Assembly (NCBI GenBank): GCA_934749845.1
Contig: CAKVHQ010000005.1
Coordinates: 17,552-81,551, forward strand
Reading direction: 5' to 3'
Length of the DNA: 64,000 bases
Source of the DNA: an uncultured Clostridia bacterium
GTDB lineage: Bacteria; Bacillota; Clostridia; Christensenellales; UBA1242
This document shows positions 10,271 through 19,896 of this stretch, piece after piece (the stretch's first letter is position 1; the number at the start of each line of letters is the position of its first letter). The translations under genes were made by a program, and so were the position numbers. The notes under the pieces are model-generated. The model ran no database searches, was not told the DNA's origin, and worked only from the letters and a program-made list of their open reading frames with translations.

Positions 10271-12631
10271 ATGATTTTAAGACAGAAAAAGATATTGATT
10301 GATGATGACGAGATAAAAAAACTTAGTGATGAAATTAAACAATCGTTTATATTAACAAAAATATTAGTATCAAGAGGATATGACACATACGAAAAATTAA
10401 ACAAGTTTTTAAATCCTTGTTTAGATGATTTACATGACCCATTTTTATTAAACAATATGAGCGTTTTGGTTGAAAAAATAAAAAAAGCAATTTCGACCAA
10501 ACAAAAAGTTTTAATTTTTGGCGACTATGATGTTGACGGGATTAGTGCAACAGCAATTTTGTACAAATTTTTTAAGCAAAAAGGTCTTATTGTTGACTAT
10601 TTCTTGCCAAATAGATATGAAGATGGCTACGGGCTAACCATGGAAACAGCAAAAAAGGTTATGGACCTTTTTTCGCCAGAACTAATTATAACAGTTGACT
10701 GCGGAATTTCTTGTTATAAAGAAATAGACTATTTGATGCAAAATGGAATTGATGTTGTTGTAACAGACCATCACGAAATTCCAGAAATTGTGCCTTCATG
10801 CCCAGTTATAAATGCAAAAATGTCCAATCAGCCATACCCATTTAAAGATTTGTGTGGGGCAGGTGTGGCATTAAAAATAGTGCAAGCAATGGGCGAAGAA
10901 TTAAAGGAATATTTGCCAATTTGTGCTATTGCAACTATTGCTGATATCGTTAGTTTAACAGACGAAAACCGTGCGATAGTAACATATGGTTTAAAGTATA
11001 TGGACTTTTTGCCACAAGGGCTTAAAATGCTTTTTGAAGATTTGGGAATAAAAAATTATTCAGCTCAAGAAATTGCATTTAAGGTTGCACCAAAAATCAA
11101 CGCTTCTGGAAGAATGGGAGATGCTTCTGTATCTCTTCAACTATACATTAGCGACGACAAACAAAACCTAATTTCCAGCCTTGAAAAATTAACTTTAATG
11201 AATCAGCGAAGGCAGGAACTTTGCAATAGCATTTTTCAAGATTGCTTGGAAAAAATTAAACAAGATAAACAAAACGACAAGCGTGCAATTATAATGTCTA
11301 GTCCTAACTGGGATAGCGGACTGCTGGGAATTGTGTGTGCAAGACTTACAGACGAATTTAACAAGCCAACATTTTTGTTTAGTGAAGTGGACGGGCTTTT
11401 AAAAGGCTCTGTTAGAAGCATTTCAAACATCAATATTCATGAAATTTTGTGCAAAACTAGCACTCTCCTTGAAACATTTGGCGGTCACTCAATGGCTGCT
11501 GGTTTAACCTTGAAAAAAGAAAACTTAACCAAATTTACTTACGAGATTGAAAACTACCTATTTAAGGATTATTCACAAAAAGAGTTTGTAGCATATAAAG
11601 AGTATGACATTTCACTTGAAATGGAAGATATAAACCAAAATTTAATGGCTCAACTAGACAAACTTGAACCTTGTGGCTGTGGAAATCCAAAACCTTTATT
11701 TTACACAAAGTTTTCTGCTTTAAAAGCAAGCATAATGAAAAATTACCCACAACACCTTAATATAACCACGGCAAATAATTTTTCATTTTTATCGTTCAAT
11801 AATGGACATTTAAAAGACTTAATTGAAAATAGTTATGTTGTTGAACTAGTGTACGAACTTCAACAAAACGAGTTTAGAAAGAAACTTTACATTAAAGGTT
11901 TGGTTAAAAACATTAAATGTTCAGGCTTTAAAGACACTTTGCTCGATTATGTTTGCGGAAACTATGTTGAACAACTTGCACTTAATAAAGCTGAACATAA
12001 AAATGCCTTTTCGGGTTACGACAATTTGATAGGCTTGCTATCAAAACTTTCGTATAAATCTAATTACGGGACTTTAATTGTTTGCAATAGTTTGAAAAAA
12101 GCAAAAGATTTAAGCATGTTTTTATACACTCATAATTACGATTTTTACTACAAGCAAATTTCAGGAAATACATCGAATAATTCTATTGTTGTTGGGCTTG
12201 ATAATTTTGAAAATATCGAAAGATTTTCTAATTTTGTTTTCACTGAACCATTACTTTCAATGGATTATCTTAACAATTTTAGTGGCAATTTATATTTGCC
12301 TAAAGACCATGATGTTGATATCAAAATGTTTGGAATCAACCTATCACATGAAGTGTTTGGCTTAATTTATAAAAAATTATCTTATGTTTGCCAAAAACTT
12401 GTATCAAACTCTAAATACAACTACTTTTTACTTTTCAAAAAATTATGTCCAGAAATTGCAAAAACCACATATTCACAATTTGTGGCTTGCGTGGGTTGTT
12501 TTAAAGAACTTGGTTTTATTAGTGAAACGAGAGGCGAAACTTATTCTCTTAATATGATTCCTCAACAAGAGAAAAAAGACTTAACACAATCGGCTTTTTA
12601 CACTAGACTTGTAAAATTGCTTAACGACTAG
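10271..12631 (+). CDS. recJ: Single-stranded-DNA-specific exonuclease RecJ
   Basis: DHH motifs (GDYDVDGISA, VVTDHHE), DHHA1 motif GGHSMAAG, and the long C-terminal extension typical of Firmicute RecJ. Confidence 0.9.
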   Translation: MILRQKKILIDDDEIKKLSDEIKQSFILTKILVSRGYDTYEKLNKFLNPCLDDLHDPFLLNNMSVLVEKIKKAISTKQKVLIFGDYDVDGISATAILYKFFKQKGLIVDYFLPNRYEDGYGLTMETAKKVMDLFSPELIITVDCGISCYKEIDYLMQNGIDVVVTDHHEIPEIVPSCPVINAKMSNQPYPFKDLCGAGVALKIVQAMGEELKEYLPICAIATIADIVSLTDENRAIVTYGLKYMDFLPQGLKMLFEDLGIKNYSAQEIAFKVAPKINASGRMGDASVSLQLYISDDKQNLISSLEKLTLMNQRRQELCNSIFQDCLEKIKQDKQNDKRAIIMSSPNWDSGLLGIVCARLTDEFNKPTFLFSEVDGLLKGSVRSISNINIHEILCKTSTLLETFGGHSMAAGLTLKKENLTKFTYEIENYLFKDYSQKEFVAYKEYDISLEMEDINQNLMAQLDKLEPCGCGNPKPLFYTKFSALKASIMKNYPQHLNITTANNFSFLSFNNGHLKDLIENSYVVELVYELQQNEFRKKLYIKGLVKNIKCSGFKDTLLDYVCGNYVEQLALNKAEHKNAFSGYDNLIGLLSKLSYKSNYGTLIVCNSLKKAKDLSMFLYTHNYDFYYKQISGNTSNNSIVVGLDNFENIERFSNFVFTEPLLSMDYLNNFSGNLYLPKDHDVDIKMFGINLSHEVFGLIYKKLSYVCQKLVSNSKYNYFLLFKKLCPEIAKTTYSQFVACVGCFKELGFISETRGETYSLNMIPQQEKKDLTQSAFYTRLVKLLND

Positions 12632-12639
12632 GAGTTTGT

Positions 12640-14754
12640 ATGGAAAAATTACTAGAATTTTTTAAAAATAACTTTGATAATGATTGCCAAAGTGCAGGCG
12701 AAAGTCTCTTAAACCAACTAAAAAATATTGATACCGAGCAAATTTTATTATCAAAGGGCTGTGAAATTGCAAGCGTTTTAACGCCACTTAAACTAGATTT
12801 TGAAACCTATGTGGCTTGTGTTTTGTTGCCTTTTATTGAAAATGAAAAGTTAAAAAAAGAAGATATTTCGTCGCTTGGGGATAATATTTTAAACGCCTAT
12901 GATTTGGCGGTAATGTCTATTAAAATTTCTAACTTTGACTACACAAGCGGTCAAGCCGAAATGGAAAATATCCGTTCCATGCTATTGGCTATTGGTAAGG
13001 ATATTAGAGTTATGATTGTTCGACTAGCCGAAGTTGTTATTTTGGCAAGAAACACAAAATCTTTAGATAAAAAGCAAGCCGAAGAATTACATTTTGAAAT
13101 TAAAGAAATTTATTCGCCTATTGCTTCTCGTTTGGGCTTGTCTTACATTAAATCGGAACTTTACGACTTAAATCTTTCGTTTTACAAACCTGTAATGTAC
13201 AAAAAAATATTAAAGCAGGTTGCAGATGTAACTCGAAATGGCATGGATAGAATTGATAAGGTTGTTTCCAAAATTAAGCAGATTTTGGATAGACTTGAAA
13301 TTAAAGGCGAGTGCTATGGCAGGGTTAAGCATGTTTCCAGCATATATAACAAGTTGCAGGAAAAAAACAAAGTAATCAACCAAATTTACGATATGTGTGC
13401 GATTCGTGTTATTGTTCCAACAAAAAACGATTGCTACACTATTCTTGCTGAAATTCACACACAATTTGTGTCGATGGACAGCAGGTTTAAAGATTATATT
13501 GCTCGACCAAAAGCAAACGGCTATCAAAGTTTGCATACTGTAATTTTGATAGATGACGAACCACTTGAAGTGCAGATAAGAACTTACGACATGCACAACC
13601 ATGCTGAATATGGTGTGGCGGCTCACTTTTTGTATAAGGAGCATAAAAATAAATTAGATAGTTTTGACGGCAAACTTTTGTGGATAAGAAAATTGCTTGA
13701 AAACCAAGAAAGCACTTCGGCTAGCGAACTAATTGAAGGGCTTAAAACTGATGTTTATAGCGGAGAAATTTTTGTTCAATCGCCAATGGGAAAAGTTGTA
13801 CAATTAACCGAAGGCTCTACGCCGATTGACTTTGCTTATGCAATACATTCTGCAGTTGGTAACAAATGCGTGGGCTCGAGAGTTAACGGGAAAATGGTTC
13901 CACTGTCGTATGTTTTAAGCAATGGCGATGTTGTTGAAATTATCACTAACCAGAATGCAAAAGGTCCGTCAAGAGATTGGCTTAAAATTGCCAAAACTGC
14001 AAACACAAGAAACAAAATCAATCAATTTTTCCGTCACGAAATGAAGGAAGAAAACATCAAAAAAGGCAAATCAATATTAGACCTTGCGTCTAAAACAAAA
14101 GGTTATAATTTAAAAGAACTTTTAGATGATAAGTGGCTTGCTGAAGCCCTTGAAAAATATGCTTTTCATAATGAAGATGAAATGTTTGCTGCGGTGGGTT
14201 ATGGTAGCGTAACAAGCAATCAAATATTAAATAAATTGATTGATTTGTATCAAAAAAATAATGCTACTAAAGCTCAAACTGTTTTAAATAATGCTACTAA
14301 AACTCAAACAAAAAAACAGGACATGGACGGTATTGCAGGCATTATGGTTAAGTATGCAAAATGCTGTAATCCAGTGCCGGGGGACGAAATATTAGGCTTT
14401 GTTTCTCGTGGCAATGGTGTTACTGTTCATAGAGCCGATTGCGTTGCTTTAAAAACCATGGAGCAAGACAGAATTATGCCTATGGAGTGGGGCGAAAAGG
14501 CAAGCGAAAATAAAAACTATGTTGCAAGTTTAAGATTGTATGTGGACAATGCCACTGGTGTTCTTGCTCAAATCTCAAACAAGATTGCCGAAAATAAAAT
14601 GAATATTACAAAAATTATAAGTAAAAATCATTCGCAAGATGAAGCAATTATAGATATCGACTTTTATGTTAATAACAAACAACAACTTGACGATTTCATA
14701 AACAAACTTGAAGCAATGAGTATCGTTCATTCTGTTGTAAGAGGAGGAAAGTAA
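12640..14754 (+). CDS. relA: Long RelA/SpoT-homolog (p)ppGpp synthetase with degenerate HD hydrolase domain
   Basis: Synthetase motifs are intact (GRVKHVSSIYNKL, CAIRVIV, YQSLHT, EVQIRT, EYGVAAH). TGS and ACT regions are present. The N-terminal HD signature residues are replaced (see findings). Confidence 0.9.
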   Translation: MEKLLEFFKNNFDNDCQSAGESLLNQLKNIDTEQILLSKGCEIASVLTPLKLDFETYVACVLLPFIENEKLKKEDISSLGDNILNAYDLAVMSIKISNFDYTSGQAEMENIRSMLLAIGKDIRVMIVRLAEVVILARNTKSLDKKQAEELHFEIKEIYSPIASRLGLSYIKSELYDLNLSFYKPVMYKKILKQVADVTRNGMDRIDKVVSKIKQILDRLEIKGECYGRVKHVSSIYNKLQEKNKVINQIYDMCAIRVIVPTKNDCYTILAEIHTQFVSMDSRFKDYIARPKANGYQSLHTVILIDDEPLEVQIRTYDMHNHAEYGVAAHFLYKEHKNKLDSFDGKLLWIRKLLENQESTSASELIEGLKTDVYSGEIFVQSPMGKVVQLTEGSTPIDFAYAIHSAVGNKCVGSRVNGKMVPLSYVLSNGDVVEIITNQNAKGPSRDWLKIAKTANTRNKINQFFRHEMKEENIKKGKSILDLASKTKGYNLKELLDDKWLAEALEKYAFHNEDEMFAAVGYGSVTSNQILNKLIDLYQKNNATKAQTVLNNATKTQTKKQDMDGIAGIMVKYAKCCNPVPGDEILGFVSRGNGVTVHRADCVALKTMEQDRIMPMEWGEKASENKNYVASLRLYVDNATGVLAQISNKIAENKMNITKIISKNHSQDEAIIDIDFYVNNKQQLDDFINKLEAMSIVHSVVRGGK

Positions 14755-14755
14755 A

Positions 14756-16147
14756 TTGGTTCTTAATTTATCAAATCAAGAGTACGAACCAGATTTTCGT
14801 GAAATTATAAATATGTTTTATCCTTTAAACGAGGATAATAATGTTGTTATTGAGATTGAGTATCATTTTGAAAACGACAGTATTTTTGAAGATGTGAAAA
14901 TAACAAAACAAGATGATACGAAAACTTATAATTTAAGTGCAAAACAAAATGAGATTCAGTCTCAAAAAACAATTTTAAAACACTTATTATACACGGCATT
15001 ATCTAGTTTTGAGCAAAAACAACTTCCTTGGGGTTCGTTAACAGGCATAAGACCAACTCGTTTGTGTTACGACTTAATGCGAAAGGGCGTAAAAAAAATA
15101 AGCCTAGTTAACACCTTGAAAAACTACTATTCTGTTAGCGAAGAAAAAGCAAAGTTGTGCCTAGACATAATTCAAAATCAACAACCAATGGAAACGAACG
15201 ATAATCTCGTTGACTTTTATGTTAACATACCGTTCTGCACAACAAGGTGTTCGTATTGTTCTTTTATCTCGGCGGAAATTGGGAAAAACGAGTGCTTGGT
15301 CAAGCCTTATGTTGACGCCTTAATTAACGAAATTAACTACGCCAAGCAAATTATTAGGGATAAACATTTGGTGGTTAAAAATGTCTATTTTGGCGGAGGA
15401 ACGCCAACTTCTTTGCCACTAGAACAGTTGGAAAGAATATTAGAGATAACATGTTTTGGCACAAAAGAATTTACAGTTGAAGCAGGCAGACCCGACACCA
15501 TAACAAAAGAGAAGTTGGAACTTCTTAAAAAATATGGCGTTTCAAGAATAAGTGTTAATCCACAATCTTTTAACGACAAAGTTTTAAAGGCTATTGGAAG
15601 AAATCACACAGCTTCTCAAACACTTGATGCATTTAATTTGGCTAGAAATTATGGCTTTCAAATTAACATGGACTTAATTGCGGGGCTTCCAAAGGAAACT
15701 TTAAAAAGTTTTAAAGAAAGCATTGATATTTGCATGCATTTAGACCCTGAAAATATTACTGTTCACACTTTGGCATTAAAAAGAGGAAGCACTTTTGCAA
15801 ACGAAAATCAAGATATTTTTAAAAAGCCATTAACCGAAAAAATGGAGGACTATGCTCACAAAGAAATCATCAAGCATGGTTATGAGCCATATTATTTGTA
15901 CCGTCAAAAAAACATGGTTGGAAATTTGCAAAATATTGGTTATTGTAAACCAAAAACAAAATGCGATTTTAACATCGACAGCATGGAAGAAACAGTTTCG
16001 ATTATGGCATGCGGAGCAAATGCAATATCAAAAAGAATTTTTAACTTGGAAAATCGTATTGAACGCTATGCAAATTGCAAAGATATAAAAACATATATCA
16101 ACAAAATTGAAGAAATAAATGAGCAAAAGAAAAAATTATTTAATTAA
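14756..16147 (+). CDS. hemZ: Radical SAM HemN-family protein (HemZ-like coproporphyrinogen dehydrogenase homolog)
   Basis: TTG start after GAGGAGGA. CxxxCxxC radical-SAM motif CTTRCSYCSF at ~aa 161 after an N-terminal extension. GGGTP motif. Position after relA as in Clostridia. Confidence 0.7.
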   Translation: MVLNLSNQEYEPDFREIINMFYPLNEDNNVVIEIEYHFENDSIFEDVKITKQDDTKTYNLSAKQNEIQSQKTILKHLLYTALSSFEQKQLPWGSLTGIRPTRLCYDLMRKGVKKISLVNTLKNYYSVSEEKAKLCLDIIQNQQPMETNDNLVDFYVNIPFCTTRCSYCSFISAEIGKNECLVKPYVDALINEINYAKQIIRDKHLVVKNVYFGGGTPTSLPLEQLERILEITCFGTKEFTVEAGRPDTITKEKLELLKKYGVSRISVNPQSFNDKVLKAIGRNHTASQTLDAFNLARNYGFQINMDLIAGLPKETLKSFKESIDICMHLDPENITVHTLALKRGSTFANENQDIFKKPLTEKMEDYAHKEIIKHGYEPYYLYRQKNMVGNLQNIGYCKPKTKCDFNIDSMEETVSIMACGANAISKRIFNLENRIERYANCKDIKTYINKIEEINEQKKKLFN

Positions 16148-16184
16148 AGGCTTAAAAAAAGTCTTTAATTTTTTTAATAGAGTA

Positions 16185-16213
16185 TTGTACATAATTTCTT
16201 TGTGTGATATAAT
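16185..16213 (+). promoter_or_regulatory. Strong sigma-A-type promoter for the 16231 ORF
   Basis: TTGTAC (16185-16190), 17 nt, TATAAT (16208-16213) with upstream TGTG. Confidence 0.6.
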
Positions 16214-16230
16214 ACTAGCAAGGAGAAATT

Positions 16231-16746
16231 ATGAGTTTTTATAGTAGTATAAATTTTTCAAATTTTAGCAAAACCGATAGTGACAAAATCGATTTTAGAA
16301 CGATTGATTTTTCAAAGCAACAAATGAGTGAAAACTATAAAAAGTTTAGAGATGATTTGCGTGCCATGATAAAGTCACTTGACCTGGATTTGGAAAAAAT
16401 TTTAAGAAGCAAGCCAAAAATGAAAGAAATTTTAACCAGTCCAAGTTCGCTTTTAACTTATTTGTTAATAAAGAATGTAGACAACAAAAGGTTTGATCAG
16501 TTATGCTATTTTTTAGGCTTTTACTCAAACTATGTTTCAATAAGTGAAAACAAAGTTTTTTATCCAAAAAGTGAAGCATACCCTTATGACATAAGAAATT
16601 CTTCCGTGCTTTTTGATATCGACATGGATGAGTCGTTTTACAGCACAAAACATGGCAAAGACTTGGTCGACATGATGTTAATTGAAGTAAAAAACGATAT
16701 TAGAAAAGATAAAGAAAAACAACTTGCTGAAAAAGTAATGGAATAA
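16231..16746 (+). CDS. Hypothetical protein (171 aa), paralog of the next ORF
   Basis: AAGGAG SD, own promoter. Soluble, Lys/Glu-rich tail. Shares conserved blocks with the 16810 ORF. Confidence 0.7.
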   Translation: MSFYSSINFSNFSKTDSDKIDFRTIDFSKQQMSENYKKFRDDLRAMIKSLDLDLEKILRSKPKMKEILTSPSSLLTYLLIKNVDNKRFDQLCYFLGFYSNYVSISENKVFYPKSEAYPYDIRNSSVLFDIDMDESFYSTKHGKDLVDMMLIEVKNDIRKDKEKQLAEKVME

Positions 16747-16759
16747 ATTTAATTTAGTA

Positions 16760-16788
16760 TTGAATTTGTTGTTTTTATGATATATAAT
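16760..16788 (+). promoter_or_regulatory. Sigma-A-type promoter for the 16810 ORF
   Basis: TTGAAT (16760-16765), 17 nt, TATAAT (16783-16788). Confidence 0.55.
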
Positions 16789-16809
16789 TGAAATCGTATA
16801 GGTTAAGAT

Positions 16810-17232
16810 ATGGATAAAAACGATTGTATAATGTTTACAAAAGAAGAGGCACAAAGTTCGCCAAACCAATTTAAAGAAAGATTTTTCTTAGCAATTGAAA
16901 AATTTGGTGTTAAATTAAGCGATGTGGAAGACATATTGGGCTTTTCAAACCCTATTTATGAAATGGACTTGTGCTATTTGATGATTAAGCATAAAGACGA
17001 TAAAAAGGTTATAGACCAACTTTTTGAAATTATGTTTGATGGCTTGGGATTGCTTTTTATTAGGGCAGAGAAAGAAAAAATGGTTTTAGATTTTAATTTA
17101 AGTTTTTATGAAACCGATTCTTTCAAAAAGTTAAGAAAAATGGTTAAAACTGAATGTGCAAAAGATAGCAAGAGATATAAAAAGCATCACAAAACAGAAA
17201 TAGAAATTGATACTAGAGAATTAGAAATGTAA
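16810..17232 (+). CDS. Hypothetical protein (140 aa), paralog of the previous ORF
   Basis: Weak SD (AGGT). Blocks shared with the 16231 ORF (LCYLMIKHKDDKKVIDQL vs LLTYLLIKNVDNKRFDQL). A terminator follows. Confidence 0.65.
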   Translation: MDKNDCIMFTKEEAQSSPNQFKERFFLAIEKFGVKLSDVEDILGFSNPIYEMDLCYLMIKHKDDKKVIDQLFEIMFDGLGLLFIRAEKEKMVLDFNLSFYETDSFKKLRKMVKTECAKDSKRYKKHHKTEIEIDTRELEM

Positions 17233-17235
17233 AAC

Positions 17236-17258
17236 AGCCACTTTATAGTGGTTTTTTT
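17236..17258 (+). terminator. Intrinsic terminator after the 16810 ORF
   Basis: GCCACT-ttat-AGTGGT (one G-U pair) followed by T7. Confidence 0.6.
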
Positions 17259-17274
17259 ATTTATTTTTTATTTT

Positions 17275-17392
17275 TACTTTACAAATATATTTTAATATGT
17301 TAATATTTATCGTTCCATAAACACAGGAGTGCGTTATCTCCAAACGGCTTGCTTTGTTTATTGGTGTAATAATTAAAAAAGGAGAAAAAGAA
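17275..17392 (+). promoter_or_regulatory. rpsO promoter and structured leader (possible S15 autoregulatory element)
   Basis: TTTACA-17-TAATAT, followed by a ~90-nt leader containing the hairpin GGAG-tgcgttat-CTCC. S15 leaders are known in Firmicutes, but I cannot verify the fold here. Confidence 0.35.
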
Positions 17393-17644
17393 ATGACAAA
17401 ACAAGAACTAATCAAAGAATATCAACTTAAAGACGGCGACACAGGTTCTGCAGAAGTTCAAATTGCACTTTTGTCTGCAAGAATTGCTCACTTAACAGAG
17501 CATTTAAAAAGCAACAAGCAAGATGACCATTCTCGTAGAGGTCTTTTCAAAATGGTTGGTAAGAGAGCAAGATTATTAAAGTATCTTGAAAGCGTTGATA
17601 TTGAAAGATATCGTGCAATCAAATCCAAACTTGGAATAAGATAG
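17393..17644 (+). CDS. rpsO: 30S ribosomal protein S15
   Basis: [39 protein letters not shown]... ATG 17393 follows AAAGGAG. The ORF-track start at 17354 is an upstream extension. Confidence 0.95.
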   Translation: MTKQELIKEYQLKDGDTGSAEVQIALLSARIAHLTEHLKSNKQDDHSRRGLFKMVGKRARLLKYLESVDIERYRAIKSKLGIR

Positions 17645-17651
17645 TAAAATT

Positions 17652-17681
17652 GGGGGACAATTTTTTGTTTCCCTTTTTTTA
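17652..17681 (+). terminator. Weak rpsO terminator/attenuator
   Basis: Imperfect hairpin GGGGGACA...TGTTTCCC followed by T8. Likely allows partial read-through into pnp. Confidence 0.4.
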
Positions 17682-17692
17682 AGTTAAATAAC

Positions 17693-17751
17693 ATAAAGCA
17701 GTGGAGAAATGCTTTATTAGGACAGCCGTTTTTCGAGCAGGGTAAAAACGG
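17693..17751 (+). promoter_or_regulatory. Structured pnp 5' leader (two hairpins)
   Basis: ATAAAGCA-9nt-TGCTTTAT and CCGTTTTT-10nt-AAAAACGG stems lie immediately upstream of the pnp SD. pnp leaders are RNase III/PNPase autoregulation targets in other bacteria. Confidence 0.4.
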
Positions 17752-17764
17752 GAAAGGAGTAAAA

Positions 17765-19849
17765 ATGGAATTAGGAAGTAAATTTGAAACAGAAATCGGC
17801 GGAAGAAAAGTATCCATCGAAACAGGAAAGTATTGCGGACAAGCAAACGCATCAGTAATCGTTCGCTGTGGCGACACCGTTGTTATGGTTAACACAACAA
17901 TGGCAAAAGAGCCAAGACCAGCAATCGATTTTTTCCCACTTGGCGTGGACTATGAAGAAAAAATGTATTCAGTTGGAAAAATTCCGGGCGGTTTCAAAAG
18001 AAGAGAAGGTCGTGCAAGCGATAAGGCAATTTTAACATCAAGACTTATTGATAGACCTCTTAGACCTTTGTTTGATAAGGGATTTTTCAATGATGTTGCA
18101 GTTGTTGCAACACCACTATCAGTAGACCAAGACATTATGCCAGAAACACTTGCAATGCTTGGCTCATCAGTAGCATTATCAATCAGCGACATACCATTTG
18201 CAGGACCAACAGGTTCAGTAGTAGTTGGCTTAATTGATGGCAAATACATCATCAACCCAACTTTAGAACAAAGAGAAAAATCAAGAATGCACTTAACAGT
18301 TTCTGGAACAAAAGAAGCCGTTTTGATGGTTGAAGCAGGAGCAAAAGAAGTAACCGAAGAAGAAATGCTTAAAGGTATTTTGTTTGCTCATGAAGAAATT
18401 AAAAAACAAGTTGCATTTATTGATGAAATTGTTGCAAAAATTGGCAAACCAAAAATCGTTCCAAACGTATATCGTGTGCCAGACGAAATTCAATCAAAAG
18501 TAGACGAATATGCATTCAGCAAAATGGAAAAAGTTTTTGAATGCTATGATAGACAAGCACGCAATAAACTTGAAGAAGAATTAGAAGCAGAAGTTCAAGA
18601 ACATTTTAAAGACATTTTTGTTGAACAAGAAAAAGATATTTCTAACGCACTTTATAACGAGAAAAAACACATCGTTCGTGACAAAATTATAAACAAGGGT
18701 ATCCGTCCAGACGGCAGAAAGATAGACGAAATTCGTCCAATTTGGTGCGAAGCAGGCGTTCTTCCAAGAGTTCATGGCAGTGGCGTTTTCACTCGTGGTC
18801 AAACACAAGTTTTAACAACATGTACACTTGGCATGCTTGCAGATATGCAAAAACTTGAAGGGCTTGATGAAGAAGATGAAAAGAGATATATGCATCACTA
18901 CAATATGCCACCATATTCAACTGGCGAAGCAAGACCTTTAAAAAGTCCGGGCAGACGTGAAATTGGTCACGGAGCGTTGGCAGAAAGAGCATTAGAACCA
19001 ATGCTTCCAAGCGAAGAAGAATTCCCATATGCAATAAGAACAGTTAGTGAAGTTTTAAGTTCTAATGGTTCAACCAGCCAAGCATCTGTTTGTGGTTCAA
19101 CATTAGCCCTTATGGACGCTGGCGTTCCAATCAAAGCACCAGTTGCAGGTATCGCAATGGGTCTTATGAAAGACAAAGAAAACGGCAAAGTTGTTGTTTT
19201 AAGCGATATTCAAGGACTTGAAGATTTCTTTGGCGATATGGACTTTAAAGTTGCAGGAACAACAAAAGGTATAACAGCAATCCAAATGGATATTAAAATT
19301 CATGGCATAGACGAAGCAATTCTTCGTGAAGCACTTGAAAGAGCAAGAGTTGGTAGATTGCACATTTTGGGCAAAATGATGGAAGCCATCAGCGAACCAA
19401 GAAAATCACTTTCTCCTTATGCTCCAAAAATTATTTCGTTTAATATCGACCCAGAAAAAATTGGCGATGTTATTGGAAAACAAGGTGCTGTTATCAACAA
19501 GATTATCGAGCAAACTGGCGTTAAAATTGATATTGAAGATGACGGAAAAGTTTGCGTTGCTTCAACAAACGAAGAGATGAACCAAAAAGCAAAAGCAATT
19601 ATCCTTTCTATTGCCGAAGACCTTGAAAAAGGCAAGAAATATGAAGGAAAAGTTGTTAGAATTATGCAATTTGGTGCATTTGTTGAAATTGCTCCTGGAA
19701 AAGAAGGAATGATTCACATTTCTAAATTAAGCGACAAGAGAGTTGAAAAGGTTGAAGATGTTGTAAACTTAAACGATACAGTTGAAGTTGAAGTAATCAA
19801 AATTGACGAAAAGGGCAGAGTTGACCTTAAACTTATCAGCAAAAAATAA
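17765..19849 (+). CDS. pnp: Polyribonucleotide nucleotidyltransferase (PNPase)
   Basis: 694 aa with two RNase PH domains, KH (GKQGAVINKI) and S1 (GKVVRIMQFGAFVEI) domains. Confidence 0.98.
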   Translation: MELGSKFETEIGGRKVSIETGKYCGQANASVIVRCGDTVVMVNTTMAKEPRPAIDFFPLGVDYEEKMYSVGKIPGGFKRREGRASDKAILTSRLIDRPLRPLFDKGFFNDVAVVATPLSVDQDIMPETLAMLGSSVALSISDIPFAGPTGSVVVGLIDGKYIINPTLEQREKSRMHLTVSGTKEAVLMVEAGAKEVTEEEMLKGILFAHEEIKKQVAFIDEIVAKIGKPKIVPNVYRVPDEIQSKVDEYAFSKMEKVFECYDRQARNKLEEELEAEVQEHFKDIFVEQEKDISNALYNEKKHIVRDKIINKGIRPDGRKIDEIRPIWCEAGVLPRVHGSGVFTRGQTQVLTTCTLGMLADMQKLEGLDEEDEKRYMHHYNMPPYSTGEARPLKSPGRREIGHGALAERALEPMLPSEEEFPYAIRTVSEVLSSNGSTSQASVCGSTLALMDAGVPIKAPVAGIAMGLMKDKENGKVVVLSDIQGLEDFFGDMDFKVAGTTKGITAIQMDIKIHGIDEAILREALERARVGRLHILGKMMEAISEPRKSLSPYAPKIISFNIDPEKIGDVIGKQGAVINKIIEQTGVKIDIEDDGKVCVASTNEEMNQKAKAIILSIAEDLEKGKKYEGKVVRIMQFGAFVEIAPGKEGMIHISKLSDKRVEKVEDVVNLNDTVEVEVIKIDEKGRVDLKLISKK

Positions 19850-19850
19850 A

Positions 19851-19876
19851 AAAAGCCACCAATGGTGGTTTTTTTA
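19851..19876 (+). terminator. Intrinsic terminator after pnp
   Basis: GCCACC-aat-GGTGGT followed by a T-run. Confidence 0.7.
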
Positions 19877-19896
19877 ATCCATAAACAATTTATTTA

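Noticed and set aside
13210-13644. Long antisense ORFs opposite real genes. Examples: 144 aa opposite relA; 135 aa at 17488-17895, 34307-34714 and 49002-49409; 129 aa at 31054-31443; 117-118 aa at 24582-24938 and 43493-43846.
   Set aside because: All lie fully inside strongly supported plus-strand genes, lack SDs and promoters, and have low-complexity translations. They are shadow ORFs.
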